From NCBI RefSeq assembly GCF_963921235.1, contig NC_086108.1, positions 94,862,001 to 94,926,000 of the forward strand: a stretch of 64,000 bases of DNA, in the 5' to 3' direction. Under the pieces are notes generated by a model, which was not told the DNA's origin, did not search any database, and saw nothing but the letters and a program-made list of their open reading frames with translations. Made by a program: the position numbers and the translations under genes. Each line of letters begins with the position of its first letter. Within the stretch, counting starts at the first letter, position 1. Below, one piece after another: positions 62,541-64,000 of the stretch. This stretch comes from Mobula hypostoma. Its lineage: Eukaryota.

Positions 62541-63044
62541 TGTTTTCAACATCTTAATTTTCCAATCAAGGATAATTACTCTCCACCATCATTATTCTAT
62601 CTTTTATTACCCAAATTAAAATCATTGAGCAATTGTACAACAATAAATCTTCACACTATCAGAAAGTTCAAAACTCTGGTCATTTTTTAAAAAAAATACC
62701 AATTATAAACAAGCTACTTATATCATATTGGGAATAAATAAAGTTAATAACACTTGACAGTGAATTCAAAGAGTTTATGCATCTAATCAATTTTGTACAT
62801 GTTGGCAAAGAAAAAGGATGAGGGAAAGAAAAATTTATTCTTGAATTCCACACCTCACTAGCAATTTGTTAGCAATGATGAGCAAATGTCACCTCTGATA
62901 CCAAGAATAATTTGCATTTCTCCCATAAATGTCAAAAAGACAAGACCAACAGCATCCTCTACATTTACATCATTCTACATGATCCGGCCTTGCTTCAGAA
63001 TAGATACTTGCTGTGGATTAAAGTTACGAGTATATTGTTTTTAC

Positions 63045-63243
63045 CTTTTTGACTGTTCCAAGATAAAATAAGCCATCTGACCACCTGGCTAGGACATCCT
63101 GGCCTTCCTCAAACTTGCACACAGGTCTTTTTCCTTTTGATCCATCCTGTAATGACAAAGGAACCGAGGACACTGGCGTCTTCAGGTTTTGATGGGAGGG
63201 AGATCGTTTGTGGAGAGATGAGTTACCTACTCCCGTACTGTCT
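63045..63243 (-). CDS. MTF2: MTF2 exon 2 (N-terminus, start of Tudor domain)
   Basis: Translates (R)[15 protein letters not shown]...[23 protein letters not shown]. Acceptor gacag|AGAC, donor AAG|gtaaaa, 199 nt. Exon 1 (ATGAG in mammals) is presumed outside the window. Confidence 0.96.
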
Positions 63244-64000
63244 CTGTCCATCAGGAAAATAGCATCATCAACTGGAATTTAAAGTTCAAATAAGGCAATT
63301 TTAGAACAATTTATCTACATATTACATTGTAAATCATATTTTATGACAACCTATTATGTTTAGTCTAAGCCCATCAAATTTAATCATACTTCCAAGTCAC
63401 CTGTGGAAGTTCACTCCCAGTTAGCCATGAAACCTTTTTCTTCTCTTCTTAAAAGTCCCATGATGCAGTATTATAACATTGCTTTAATTAGTTTAAAAAT
63501 GAGTCACAAAAAATACAAAAGGTCACTTAACGGTTTAAGTCAAAAAATAAAAACAAAAACTCATCCTTAACTTCAGATTAAGGTATAATTTGCTCATTTT
63601 TTGACATCAGCAAAATGCCTCAATGATTATTTTATTCTTAACTGCTTTGTTCTGCTTTACATTTGTGCACTGGAAATGACATTAAATCTTGTATCTTAAA
63701 CTCAGTTACATTTAACTTAAAATGTGTCACATTCTATAACTTAGATAATGTAAACCTTTATGCGGGGGGGGGGCAACTTTCAAATGTGGCGTTCAATTTG
63801 ACAGCAAAACAGCATTAAATTTGCACAAACACACACTCCTATTTAAGAGAAAATAACCGAACCAAACGAACGTAAAACATTATAAACTAAGTGTGTGGCA
63901 GCACATCGGCCTGCATAATGCTGTAGTAGCATGGTTATTAACACAAGCTCATTCATCACAAATTCTGATGCACGTACAAAATGCAATAGTAACTTCAAAA

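Overview
Repeat-rich vertebrate genomic DNA. The CR1, Penelope, Rex1, V-SINE and Tc1 repertoire suggests a cartilaginous fish, probably a ray (inference). The window holds coding exons 2-15 of MTF2 (Polycomb-like 2; Tudor-PHD1-PHD2-EH/winged helix-chromo-like) on the minus strand at 63243..16784. All splice sites are GT-AG with consistent phases, giving a predicted 598 aa protein if an ATGAG exon 1 lies beyond the right edge. A CpG-rich promoter-like region (GC box, CCAAT, YY1, splice donor) at about 9.8-10.1 kb suggests an unidentified minus-strand transcript. Most of the rest is degraded or nested transposons: CR1, L1, L2 and Rex1/Babar LINEs, Penelope-like elements, Tc1, Tigger, and a 9-kb Gypsy element with a PNMA-type gag. 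Highlights: (1) minimal hammerhead ribozyme motifs in Penelope termini, one intact and in sense orientation inside MTF2 intron 11; (2) a Gypsy insertion whose target-site duplication is the exon 5 splice donor and whose LTR recreates the original donor; (3) two inverted Tigger-derived elements, each with a ~240-nt internal hairpin, flanking exons 3-7. Most repeat boundaries are approximate and were read by eye.
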